A stretch of DNA of 64,000 nt from Mytilus edulis (lineage: Eukaryota). The notes under the pieces are model-generated. The model was not told the origin of the DNA, made no database searches, and saw only the letters and a list, made by a program, of their open reading frames with translations. Shown here in pieces: positions 50,010 to 62,578 of this stretch (position 1 is the stretch's first letter; each line of letters starts with the position of its first letter). The DNA lies in the NCBI RefSeq assembly GCF_963676685.1, contig NC_092356.1, positions 65,348,001 through 65,412,000 of the forward strand. The letters are read 5' to 3'. Made by a program: the position numbers and the translations under genes.

Positions 50010-50480
50010 CATGCTTATCTTGGTTTATACAACACCTTTAGCTTCTAAGATGCACACGTATAGAACTGAAACTATATCATTTAAAATCTTTGCCACATGT
50101 TGATTATCTGTTTATCTCCTAACTCTTTCTTGTGTTTTGGTCATGCTTATCCTGGTTTTTACCACCCCTTTAGCCTCTAAGATGCACAAGTATAGGACTG
50201 AAATCATATCATTTAAAATATTTGCCATATGTTGATTATCTGTTTGTCCCTATCTCTTCCTTGTGTTAACTTAATGTTATCTCCCATCTTCCATGTGTTT
50301 ATTTAATGTTTGTCCCACACATGCACGTGTTTGGTTATTTAATGAATGCCCCCCACTTCCACGTGTTTATTCAAGGTTTGTCCCCCCCACATCAACGTGG
50401 TTATTGAATGGATGTCCCCTACTTTCACGTGTTTATTTAATAGTTGTCATCCACGTCAACGTGTTTGTTTAATAGATGTC
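50010..50480 (+). repeat. Two ~130-bp direct repeats followed by several degenerate ~30-bp units
   Basis: tcatgcttatc..tctaagatgcaca.gtatag.actgaaa..tatcatttaaaat at ~50009 and ~50141; acgtgttt..att.aa repeated across 50280-50480. Confidence 0.75.
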
Positions 50481-51696
50481 TCTTAAGTACACATCACTGA
50501 CAATATTAATTTCTTCAAATTGCTTTTGTAATGTGAAGTTAAATTTCAATTTTAACAAATTGTAAATCATTTTTATTACAGAAGTTGTTTTCTCCGATTA
50601 ATTTCAAAATCAAATATTATCTTATCATCTCGTTATCACACAACGATTTGATTCCATATTAATTTATGAATACATTGGAGGAAATTAAGATAATTATCAA
50701 GTTATTATCATTTTGTTTTAATAAAAGGATGACCATATTTATTTACAGACGATGCTATATTACAGTTTTATTATTATTTTATGACATATTCCGAGGAAAT
50801 TATCATTGTATAAATAAAGATTCTGTTTACCCATTTAATTGTTTTGTGATTCTGAATTTCAATTACGATCATAATTTTACTATATCAGATACATATCTGA
50901 AAGATGTCAAAAATAAAATCAGTAGTATGCCTACAACAATAGCTTTCTTGTAATGGATATAAAAGGACATGAACATTGTCATTTTATTCAGAAATCAATT
51001 AAAAAGAGTTTGCCTGATTACATATTTATTCTTTCGCAGCGCCCCCTCTAATTGAACAATGAATAGATTTAACACAAGAAGTAAAGCAAACCTATCTTGA
51101 TGACTTGAGGAACAAAAAGTCTACAAAAAAGCGTAAATTTAATCATAATTTAGAAGAAAAAAAATCATACTTAACTATTTGACAGTGTTAGTACAGATAA
51201 TTCCTCGACCTACACTCTATTATTTTCCATATTGCACGTATAATTGCTGTTATGAAATGAATGATTTTGTTTCAAAGATAAATAGTTCACGTTTATCATT
51301 TTATTGTACAGCAAATTATGGTATATTTGAATATGAATTCCTGTAGATATAATTTTCGCCTAGTCTTTATCTTATATACGTGATTGTACGTTTTATACAC
51401 ATTTTTACCGTTCTCCTGTTTCAATGTTTTTCAATTAACGCAATTATTATAATTACGCAAGTTTGAATGCCAACATGTTGTAGCTCTGTGACAAGAAAAA
51501 AAATAAAACCAAAGTTATAACTTACAAATTTTCGCGCCCCGGGCTTTTCTGTCAGTTCTTAAAAGTTTCATCACGCATATCAAAACAACCATAACCATTG
51601 AAAGCAATGAATATCAAAATGCTTTTATCCTTACCTAATGCACCTAATAAGATCTGTAGTAACTACAATTTCATTTAAATGTAACTTAAGATAAGC

Positions 51697-51929
51697 ATAA
51701 GCAGCACGACGGGTGCCACATGTGGAGCGGTATCGGCTTATCCTTCCGGAGCACCTGATATCACCCCGAGTTTTTGGTGGGGTTCGTGTTGTTTATTCTT
51801 TAGTTTTCGATGTTGTATTATGTGTACTATTGTTTGTCTGTTTGTCTTGTTCATTTTTAGCCCTGGCGTTGTCAGTTTATTTTCGATTTATGAGTTTGAC
51901 TGTCCCTTTGGTATCTTTCGTCCCTCTTT
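51697..51929 (+). repeat. Penelope-like 3' tail fragment
   Basis: ataagcagcacgacgggtgccacatgtggagc..ggtatctttcgtccctctt. Confidence 0.8.
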
Positions 51930-53917
51930 GACTAAATATGGAATTTTAAGATTGTGGTTTGAGCTATCTCTATGGATTAATAGTTTGCTCACACGGTAAA
52001 TGAATATTTATCCCAAAGTATGCGCTGATAGCATGTGTTCTGTGGCATTAAGTAAAGAGTAGTAGCTTATTTGGAAATTTGAAATGTTTTAAAAAAAAAA
52101 AAAATCGGGCATAATGTACTCTAACTGGTTAATTATTCTATGTTTTTTAAACATAATAAACAAGATCAGATACGATTTGTGGCTTCAGAATGTGATACGG
52201 TCAATGATTTAATTGTTGTAGACTCTTTGTAACCCAATATGAACAAACAAATGTTTTTTTAAAACATGGCACGGTCAATAACTTGACAATTCATTAGAAT
52301 AAACAAACGAAGAGAATATAAATGAAGTCAGATGATATGTGTATCTAAAAAACATTTCAATTAAGATTTATTGCACCTGTTTCGTAATGATAAAATATTT
52401 CTAAACTAAAATTAATAGATTTTCTCGTTGTTTGAGTAATGGGGATTTAATTACTGGCAGTTTTATTCACTTGTCGGTTGGTATTACCATTTTTATTATT
52501 TTCAGAATAAATTCAAATAATATCAACGGTATTAGATGTAATTTTATATTTTTTGCATTCCATATTTGATTGCAATTAAATTTTGTGAAAGCTTATCCGC
52601 CAAACATGTTATTCCCTCTCTGATACTTTTATTATTTTGTTTATGTGTCCTACTTACGGTATTCTATGGATTTAGTTGACACATTGACACGATTTTGTTT
52701 TAACTGTTCTATAATGGTTTTTAAATTAAGTACAATTAATTCTGATATAAAAAGGGGGAATGATATAATGGGACCAATCAAAATCTATGAATTATGATTA
52801 TTGTATACCTTCAAAACTACTTTGAAAAATCTAAGATATCATGAAATCACAAACACTCGCTCAAAGTTACAATACAAATATATTATAATTGTGTAGATTT
52901 TAAGTTGATAAGTTACGTAATTTTACTACAAAGTATGACTGCCACTCCCTCTGGTGAGTTGATCATTCAACTGTTTAGGTCGTTTTATTTGTTTATGGTA
53001 TCAGATATTTTGTTGTTGTGGCTTTTTTAGTCTCTTGAGTTTCTGATAAGCGTTATTCTTCAAATATGCGTCTTACGCAAGAACGTTTTTACCTCATTAA
53101 ATTTCGTGTCTCTCAATTCTGAAACTTATTCTTGCGTGTTTCGTCACAATTAATTAAAATTACATTATTATTCTTACATAAAACTGATAACGGCTTAATA
53201 TATTAATTGTTTCTTTGAAATATGGTCATGAAATAGGAGAAAACATACTTTCATCTGATGTCTTCTATCACGCTGTTTGACAAAATTATCCTGATGAAAT
53301 TCAATTAATTGGTTGTAAATGATTTTTGCAATGTTACATGATACAGGAATTACTATTTACTAATTATCATTAAGTCTAAAATCACCTTGACGCGTGCTTC
53401 TCTAGCTTTGAAAGCGAAATTTTTTATTCGACGTAGATACAAAATGTATCACTTTCGATAGAAATTATACTTAATAATTCAAACTAAAGATTCAATTGAG
53501 CGTATTAAAAATGCATTAAAAAAAGAAAATGAAAAAGTATTTTCGTTCATTGAAAATCCCGTCAACAATTACAAATTAAATAATTTTTACAACGATTTTT
53601 CCCTTTAAAAACTTATCCAAGATCTACGTAAACCTAATTTCCAATAGTAAAACCTACAATTGAGATAGGTCAGGCCTCAAATTAAATCTCGAATTAAATA
53701 CAGTTCTCTCAGTTTTGGTTAGTTGCCCCGATTTTGTTTTTTTTTCCATGGATTTATGAGTTTTGAACAGCGGTATACTTCTGTTGCCTTTATTTATCTC
53801 TCATACTTTTTCATATTTATTTTTCTTTCTTAAATTTGTTTTGCAATTGTTTAGTTGGCACACAATGTATAGACATCTGTGTATTGTTGACAACAACTTG
53901 GTGTTCTCTAAATGTAT

Positions 53918-54391
53918 TTTAGGTGTCATGATTTTCCTGATAGAGGATTGCTGCTCACAAGGAGGCTATTAAACCAAGATTTCCAAATGGCGAAGCTGAA
54001 ATCATACCTTCGTAAATTTTCCGGGCGCCATCACGAGTTGGTTGACCGTTATGGAATAACCGTTTCACAGATGATATCGCATATGTTCCTTATGTCGTGA
54101 ATACAATACCCTTATCTTTCACGAATGTGACCTACCGAATTAGACTATTTACCGGATTTGTAATAAAATAAGCAACACGACGGGTGCCACATACTGAGCA
54201 GGATCTTCATACCCTTCCGGAGCACCTGAGATCACCCCTAGTTTTTGGTGGGGTTCGTGTTGCTTAGTGCTTAGTTTTCTATGTTGTGTCTTCTGTAATA
54301 TCCTTTGTCTGCTTATCTTTTTATTTTTTAGCCTTGGTGTTATTTTCAATCAATGAGTATGACTGTCCCTCTGGTATATTTTGTCCCTCTT
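53918..54391 (+). mobile_element. Penelope-like RT end plus 3' tail
   Basis: HDFPDRGLLLTRRLLNQDFQMAKLKSYLRKFSGRHHELVDRYGITVSQMIS then the family tail. Confidence 0.78.
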
Positions 54392-54446
54392 ATGTTGAGC
54401 TGCTGTCATCTTTGCATTTAAACTACCTCTTATTAACTTATATTAA

Positions 54447-55064
54447 GGGCATATCCAACAGTTTATTTCTGAAGGTGAGATTTTTTCCCCGTTAAGATAT
54501 ATAGGCAATTTATACCTGCTTAAATCAAATATGAAATAAAAAGATATAGCTGCATGTGCTTCTTTTTGAGTAAAATGAGGTCGAAATTTCAGATATTTGC
54601 TTAATATTCGGATTTGTGGACGTATTTTACCTCCCAACAGAAATGCATATTTTTTTTTGGTTTTAAAAGTTAAACACAAGCTGTTTTTTTGTTAAATTCT
54701 TTATAAGTTCTCTTTTAGATATGTATCCTATTTAATGGATTTTGTTTAGAAATACCTAAAAATTATCAAATGGTCATGAATGTAGAAAAAAACGTCATGT
54801 TTTGCTGTATATCTATCAATTTATATAAAAGAAAAAATCATTGACTTTTTCAAGAAATTTGGTGCAAATAATCTTCATACGTAATCAAACAATTTTTTTT
54901 ATAAAAAGAGGGGTCCATGAACTCGTATAATAGTCAAATCAGTTGGAATGATAAAAATCAGTTGAAAAATGCATCTTTAACCGATATGTCACAGTTTGAC
55001 GTCGCAAAAATAACATTTTACGTTAGCAACGTCATTACCTTCCCTCTAACTGTATCGTATGCCC
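54447..55064. mobile_element. TTAA-flanked non-autonomous DNA transposon (Kolobok-like)
   Basis: ttaa|gggcatatccaacagtt at 54443 and aactgtatcgtatgccc|ttaa ending 55068 form imperfect TIRs starting GG, with TTAA on both sides. Confidence 0.75.
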
Positions 55065-55302
55065 TTAAGGCACTTCCTTATGTAACATCCGATCAATATT
55101 ATGTCACAATTATTATGTACCTATAGAACAAGATTTGCATACTTTAAAATTGAGTTCTAAATTGGTCTTCAATATTGGGAATGTTGAAATAATCATTTTC
55201 AATTAAAATAAATACAGATATACAATGAGAGTTTGACTCCAAATGTGTTTTGTCAACGAATGCACCATCAGTTGTCTTCAAAAATCAATTATCATAGTAA
55301 TT

Positions 55303-55414
55303 TAAGAGGGACGAAAGATACCAAAGGGACAGTCAAACTCATAAATCTCAAACAAACTGACAACGCCATGGCCAAAAATAAAAAAGACAAACAGAAAAAC
55401 AATAGTACACACGA
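55303..55414 (-). repeat. Penelope-like 3' tail fragment
   Basis: aagaggggacgaaagataccaaagggacagtcaaactc..aatagtacacacgaca. Confidence 0.75.
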
Positions 55415-56166
55415 CATCCCGCCATTATCACTGTAAAACAAGAGTTATCAGGTAAACAGTACGTCATACGGTCATATGAATAAACGACTTCCTTGTTGAT
55501 ATTCCGGCAACATCGTAAGGTAAACAAAAGGTACGTGTTTAAGTAGCATAGAAACATTTTGGTGTGTGTATAAGTGTGTGTGTATGTGTGTTTATTTCCG
55601 TCGTAAACTGATATGTCAGATTATTCTAAATCCTCATTCTTTATTCTGCTGTTTCAAAACATGCATGGTGACTCATTTATATATAAATATATATATGTGT
55701 CTTAAAATAGCAACAATCAAAATTTATCTAGGCGTGGATCAGTTTGAAAAGAGATTTATTACATCACTGCTGTATAGTTGTATACATCTTCCCGCCCCCT
55801 CGTGTCACTTAGTTCAGTCGTCTTAATTAGCTAAATAGATCGACTGGTCACTTAGTAAAGTATACTTGTCAGGCAATTAAATGAAACTATTTTGTAGAAA
55901 ATTAAAACATCTTAAGCGTGTTTTCCCTGTAATTTATAGTTTCAATCCTGAATCAGCCAAAATAAGGCTCCTAAATCTTGAACCAATCATAATTTCTCAA
56001 ACATTTGGGAATCCGTCATATCCATACTCTCCCATGAAGTCACTCTTGTTCGAACATATTTACCTTTTAACGATTTCTAGACCATAGGCCACTTTTTTTG
56101 TCAGTTACCCACCCGTTGATATAGTGTAAGTATGCGTAATTATCGTCTCACCTTCTCTTTTCAGCG

Positions 56167-57846
56167 ATGGCATCAAATCTTAAATTTTGCGGTATATGTG
56201 ATCAACGTCATCTCACAAAGCCCTCAACTGACTGGTGTCCCGAATGTAATCAACCTCTATGTGCCGAATGCAAAGATTTCCATGCACTTTCCAAAGCTTC
56301 ACAAAACCATTCCACGATAGCAATAGCAAACTACTTAGCCCTGGACTCCTCTTTCCGCAAAGTTGATGTACACTGCTCTGTACATGATGACAAGTACGTA
56401 CTGTTTTGTCTAACGCATGATTGTTTACTCTGCCTGACGTGTCTAGAGGAGCACACAAAGTGTGATGACGTCGTTCGTATCAGTAAGTTAACCAAAGATG
56501 TCAAAACTTCCGAAAGTTTCGTTGTCACTCAAAAGAGTCTATCAGAAATCATATTGAACCTTTCAAAAGTACAATGTCATCTCGAGGAAAATGTTCAGGA
56601 TATAAAGAATCAAAAAGAATCAATTCTCCGGGAAATAGCTCATATTAGGAAAAAGATCGACAGCCATCTCGATAAAATTGAACAATCTCTAAAAACAGAA
56701 TTATGCAAAGAGGTTGATAATCAGTGCAATAACATTATTTGCAAGACTCTGGAAAACATTAAAATAAAGAAAACAAATATAGAAAAATGTCAGCAGCAAA
56801 TGGATGAACTGAAAAGATATGGATCAGATCTTCAAACGTTCTTTGGTTTGCAGGAGATATCAGCAAAGACAAGTACTACTGACCAGTATTTACAGACATT
56901 AGATGACGATGGCAGCTTGAACAGAGTGACGATTTCCTGTAAAATTGATAGAAAGGTTTCAGAATTTATTGAAGAAGTAGCAAGTTTAGGGACCATACAG
57001 GTGCAGAAAGTTACGAGTCAACTTATCCTAGAGAGATCAAAAGACAAACATGCACAGTTAGTCAGAAACAAATCTACCAATGCTATCAAGCTCAAGTTGG
57101 TGAATACTATCAAATTAGATGCATGTGTCACCGGATGTTGTTTTCTTCCTGGTGGAAAAATTGTTCTTTGCGATCGTTCAGAAGAGAACCTTGTACAAAT
57201 ATTAAATCAATACGGAAAATTTATTTTTGAAGTTTCCATAACCCCCTATTTTGCTTTTGACGTTACGAGTATTGATGACAAAACTGTAGCTGTATCATCA
57301 GACAATCCCAACCGGAAGCGAATTAATATCATAGATGTGGAAACAAAAACAAGGAGGTCAATTGCTACTGCAGATAAATGTTATGGAATTACACACAAAG
57401 ATGGATCACTTATTGTTTGCGTCCAAGGGAAAGGACTACAAACTGTCAAGACCCACAGTAAGGAAAGTACTACGGGTGTACCATGTGATTTAGGTTCTTG
57501 TTCTTATATTACTTCCTGGGACAACAAAATATATTACACGAACAACAAAAACCACACCGTAACATGTTGTGATACGGCAGATAATATTATCTGGACATTT
57601 CAAGACGAGAATGTATTGATGGATCCTCGTGGTATAGCAGTTGACAATGCGGGAAATGTTTACATTGTAAGTAGCAGTCAAAATAAACTAATCGTGCTTT
57701 CAGCCGACGGCCAACAAAGTAAACAACTTTGGTCAAAAGACGACGGGCTTGTGGAGCCATATGCAGTGGCCTATGACAAGATAAAAAGTCGTACTTGCGT
57801 TTTTAATTTGCAAAATAACGGATATTTGTTTGACGTAATATTTTGA
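56167..57846 (+). CDS. RING-less TRIM-like protein, copy 8 (subfamily B), 559 aa
   Basis: Uninterrupted ORF after tctttcag|cg|ATG with the same architecture. AATAAA at 57946 is about 100 nt after the stop. Confidence 0.92.
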   Translation: MASNLKFCGICDQRHLTKPSTDWCPECNQPLCAECKDFHALSKASQNHSTIAIANYLALDSSFRKVDVHCSVHDDKYVLFCLTHDCLLCLTCLEEHTKCDDVVRISKLTKDVKTSESFVVTQKSLSEIILNLSKVQCHLEENVQDIKNQKESILREIAHIRKKIDSHLDKIEQSLKTELCKEVDNQCNNIICKTLENIKIKKTNIEKCQQQMDELKRYGSDLQTFFGLQEISAKTSTTDQYLQTLDDDGSLNRVTISCKIDRKVSEFIEEVASLGTIQVQKVTSQLILERSKDKHAQLVRNKSTNAIKLKLVNTIKLDACVTGCCFLPGGKIVLCDRSEENLVQILNQYGKFIFEVSITPYFAFDVTSIDDKTVAVSSDNPNRKRINIIDVETKTRRSIATADKCYGITHKDGSLIVCVQGKGLQTVKTHSKESTTGVPCDLGSCSYITSWDNKIYYTNNKNHTVTCCDTADNIIWTFQDENVLMDPRGIAVDNAGNVYIVSSSQNKLIVLSADGQQSKQLWSKDDGLVEPYAVAYDKIKSRTCVFNLQNNGYLFDVIF

Positions 57847-58671
57847 GAGAAGATTGAAGAATGACTTACTATTGCTTTTTTTTATGATATTGTGTGTTGG
57901 TTATAGGGAATTGTGTTTGATTTATCTCTTTTTCATCTCTGTATGAATAAACATATGTTGTTCCTTAAGAGTTTTTTTTTTTACATTAATCATACCTTAA
58001 AAAATGGGACCCATAGTGAAAAATCAAGAGAACAAAAAGGGCAACATACAACTATTTACTGGCATACCATAGTTTAGGCTAATTGTCAAAAATGAAAGTC
58101 CGTTTTGATTGGTTCATTCAAAATTGCCGAAGAACACTGTGTTCAAATCAAGCAGACAGAAACGTAATTTTTACTTAATGGTTACGTGTTGATTGATTTT
58201 AATTAATGAAAGCATGACGTTTCAACATGTTTTGTAAGAAGCTTACAAAAGAACAGTATTTAACTGTTGTTGACCGTTGTTGGAATCTCGTCGATGTTTT
58301 AGGAATTTTCATATCAACACAATAAAACAAAACGAGTAAGAACAAGTGCGACTATATGATAAGCGTGTCTTGTCTACTTGTATCGTTTATTTCTGTCAAC
58401 GAATTTTGGAGAAGACGTTAATAAGTTGAAAAACTTGTGTCTAATCCATTTGTCTTTTGGAACAATAAAATATGTTGAACTAAACTAGCGAATTTGATTT
58501 GTGATGTCGACTTCAGTCATTTTGGCTCCCAACCCGACTTATCTACTTCCATAAACACAACCATGTTTATTAACTTTGCCTATTCTAAGAAGCCGATCGC
58601 AAGTTGTATATCAATTAACATATTAACATGATATATGAAGTGGAAGGGGTTTCTTCTATGTATTAGATGTA

Positions 58672-58900
58672 AAATTGAAAATTGAAATGGGGAATGTGTC
58701 AAAGAGACAACGACCCGACCAAAGAACAGACAACAGCAGAAGGTCACCAACAGGTCTTCAATGCAGCGAGAAGTTCCCACACCCGGAGGCGTTCCTCAGC
58801 TGGCCTCTAAACAATTATACTAGTTCAGTGATAATGAACGCCATACTAAACTCCAAATAGTACACAAGAAACTAAAATTAAAAGTAGCACAAAACTAACA
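58672..58900 (-). repeat. SINE-like interspersed repeat; opposite-orientation copy at ~61745-61930 and fragment at ~21187-21240
   Basis: aatggggaatgtgtcaaagagacaac..cccgacc..cagacaacagc is the reverse complement of ctgttgtctgctctatggtcgg..tttgacacattccccattt at 61866-61917. Confidence 0.7.
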
Positions 58901-60723
58901 ATGGCTTGATTAATATTTTAGTCTAAATAAATTTATAGGTTGATATTTGCTTAGAGCTTACTTTGGACTTTATTGAACTTAGCAGCATATTTTAATGGAG
59001 AAACACGAGGTATTCCACACGTGGAGCATGTTCTTCAAATCTATCTTGAGCACCTGAAATTGACACTGATGTTTGTCAGGTTGGATTCGTGTTGCTTAGA
59101 AGCTAGCTTTATATAAAGTATTTTGTAGATTTTGTTTGTCTTTTCGTCTTTTTCCCCATAGCATGGCCACTTTCTTTTCAAAATAAGATTTGGATTTCCG
59201 CTTGGTATCTTCCCTCTCATTTTAGTTACATTAACTCAGATTAGTTATGGTATTGTTCAAATCAAGTTCACTGCAATGTATAAGATGTGAGAACTCGATC
59301 AGAAATGGGGTTATTGAGTGAAAGAATTCATCCATGTATCTTAAAATTGAATTGAACTTAGATGCCTTTTCTTTTTTAGGATAATGTTTGTTATGAGATC
59401 TGATTTATATTTATAGAGGGACATGTCGACCAGTAGAGACTCACAATAAGTGTTCACTGTAATGAAGCAGCTGAGTAATAAAATTGTAATTCAACTAAAA
59501 ACATGATGTAGATCAAAATGTCACCATAAGGATATCATCTATTATGGTGTATTTGTTGTATGAATCAGGTTTGTGGGTTGGTTTTTTTTTAAGAAAGAAA
59601 GAATATTTTATCACGTTTAGTAACAAAGTTGTATCTACGATTTATGTGTTTATTTTGAGGAATAAAGAACTATTATGCAGTTTAATGAAAAGGGGTAGCA
59701 ACCATTCATTCAAATGTTTATGTGGAATAGAAATATACTTCGGAAAACTAATTGAAAGTGTTGACATTGTTGTGAAACGGCAATGAATGATAATTAAGGT
59801 TTTGGATCCAAAAAGATCTATAGAAGTTTTAGGAATTTATATCTAATCGACATCGCGGTTATTTTGTTTCTTAAATGTCCTGTACCAAGTCAGAAATATT
59901 GCTTATCACATAGTCCTTTTTTTCGCAGTTCAATGTTTCTGTTGTTCCGTTGTTTTCCTTCTATAGTTGATATGTTTCTCTAGGTTTTAGGTTATGTATA
60001 GGATTTGTTTTAACTTACTCGATTTATGACTTTTGAACAGTGGTATTCTACCTTTGCCAATATGTATGTATACCTCATCGAAATATTTTTGAGGCATACT
60101 TGTTATTTGATAACTTCACCATCCGACTCCGACCGAAAAACATTCACGAAGTTCTGTACAGGCACATTTTACGTTTAAACCTGTTTCACATGCATGCAAA
60201 CCATTTGCCTCTCTAGACCATGTGTCATAATTCCAAACAACACAATAAAAATGTCAGCGTGCAGCTTCAAAAGGGATGTCACCGAACGTTAATTCAATAA
60301 ATTTAACAAAGAAAAATATGCATACCATTTGAAAAGAACATTCAGGATGTGAATGCTACTGTTAAAAACTAGCTTAGGTAGCATCTGCTTATCATTGGAT
60401 ATAATTGATCGAAAAAACAAAATCAAAAACAACAATCCTAAAAAGTTTCATAACATCAATTAAAAATATTAGTATTCAAAATAAGTAGACTGCCGAATGT
60501 ATGAACTTTTTTTGCGGAATTTTTGTAGTCCTTGCTGTTGAAAGAGTTTATGCCAGATGTGTGTATGCACCATTCCTCGATGTTTAAGTTCTATCAACGA
60601 CATTTCAATATTTGGTTTGTCGTTTTGAAATGAAAACATAATATTATAATTGAAAATTTAGAAAGAAACAATTATCGTTTATTATAAAAACTTCTAAGAA
60701 GTTTGGGAATCCAGTAAAAAGAA

Positions 60724-60890
60724 TAAATTATCAAAGGTACCAGAATTATAATTTAATACGCCAGACAAGCGTTTCGTCTACAAAAAACTTATCAGTCACG
60801 TTCAGATCAAAAAAGTTATAAAGCCAAACAAGTACATAGTTGAAGAGCATTGAGGACCCAACAAATCAAAACAATTATGCCAAATACGTA
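60724..60890 (-). mobile_element. Retrozyme-like fragment with a near-complete but mutated minimal hammerhead (~60762-60800)
   Basis: Reverse complement reads gactgataagttttttgtagacgaaacgcttgtctggcgt: CUGAUAA in place of CUGAUGA, with GAAAC and GUC intact. The flank resembles 48280-48400. Confidence 0.6.
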
Positions 60891-62578
60891 ACTATAATTA
60901 ACAACATTGCCAATAATACCCTGACTAGAAATCTGTAGAACTGAATATTATTTTGATTATTTGAAAATATGTTTATTTATGAAACAATTGCTTGAGTGTA
61001 TGCCACATTCCCTTTATAATAAATTACCAGTAAGATTTGTCCAATTTTAGATTATTACTTCGTGAATGTCTGTATAAAGGATATTGCAAATTGAAATTAA
61101 TTAAAAGGAAACTTTTTTCTAAGACCCATAAAACAACTAGTGTAAAATTATAAACGAGTCCAATTAATAAAATTACATTTTAAAATTGATATGGAATGGG
61201 ATAGCCAAGTATTGATACGTTTGACCTTTTGTCCTCAACTTCCGGCTATTCAAATGATTTGTCATGGATTTATAATAGTCTAATCAATTTCTATAAAATA
61301 AAGATATAATTTGATTTCTTATAAAAAACAATAAAAACTTTGGTTGCTATTTAGTCAGCAATTTAGACACGTAAAGGTATTGATTTATATTGTTGTCCAT
61401 ACTTAATATTATCAGCAATTGTTTTCCTCTTTTATGATTATTTAAAAGTTGTTAACTTGAGTGCTAAACTTTACAGTTAAGAACATGAATGTGAAGACTT
61501 ATTATGCGTAAAGCACAGTATCTGAACAATAAGATCTTTAGAATCGTGATCAGCTGACCTGTATTTTGATTACGGCTTAAAATACTTATATTTAAGTCAA
61601 ATAGAGGATGAAAATACCATAGAGAAATTGAATATCATAAGTCGAACGGTATTACCGAAAATACCGAACCTTAACTGTATTTGGTAGTCTATAAAGCCTG
61701 AACAGAATCAATTGCTCGACTATATCAAATACAAAATGTATACAGAGTTTAGTTTGACGTCCATTATCACTGAACTAGTATACATATTTGTTTAGGGGCT
61801 AGCCGAAGGACTCCTCCGGGTGCGGGAAATTATCGCTGCATTGAGACCCATTGGTGGCTTTCGACTGTTGTCTGCTCTATGGTCGGATTGTTGTCGCTTT
61901 GACACATTCCCCATTTCTATTCTATATTTTATCACACCTGGAACAAGATTTGCTTACATTTTACGGAGCACCAGAGATTTCCACCGAACTTCAATGGGTT
62001 GATTTTACTCTGTCATTAGTTTAATTTGCTTTGTTTTGTAGACTTGTGAAGGAAAACTCGTAGTGATTCTTTTATGGCATATTGCCTGGTTACTGCTTTA
62101 TTCCGTATGTATAAAAGTAAAATATCAATATAAAGAATTCCATGTGAAATACAAACCGGAAACCCTATCAGATGACAAAATCAAAAGCTCAAACACATGA
62201 AAAGAATGAAAAAATGTTCTATATTCGACTTGAACAGACGTTTTGGAAAATACTGGATTATACAAAAAAGTCATGTTATAGCTACTCAAACCTCTATCTC
62301 CCTTGAATGACAGAGGCATAAAATTCCATTTGTTTGACAACACAAAAAAAAACAATCAAATATATATATCAATGTATTCGTATGGTAGACAGTAGACTAT
62401 TCTTTATCTTTGTTTTTCTCCAGACGTCTAACTTGAAAATGGTATAAACGGGCATCGTTGAAAACCAACACTCGATTATATGTGTGTTCTTTAAAAGGGG
62501 ACACAGTTCAAAATTGATCATTATACCATAGTCAAATTGGGGGGAAAACTCTGTTACTACGCAAATCTAAAATAATGT

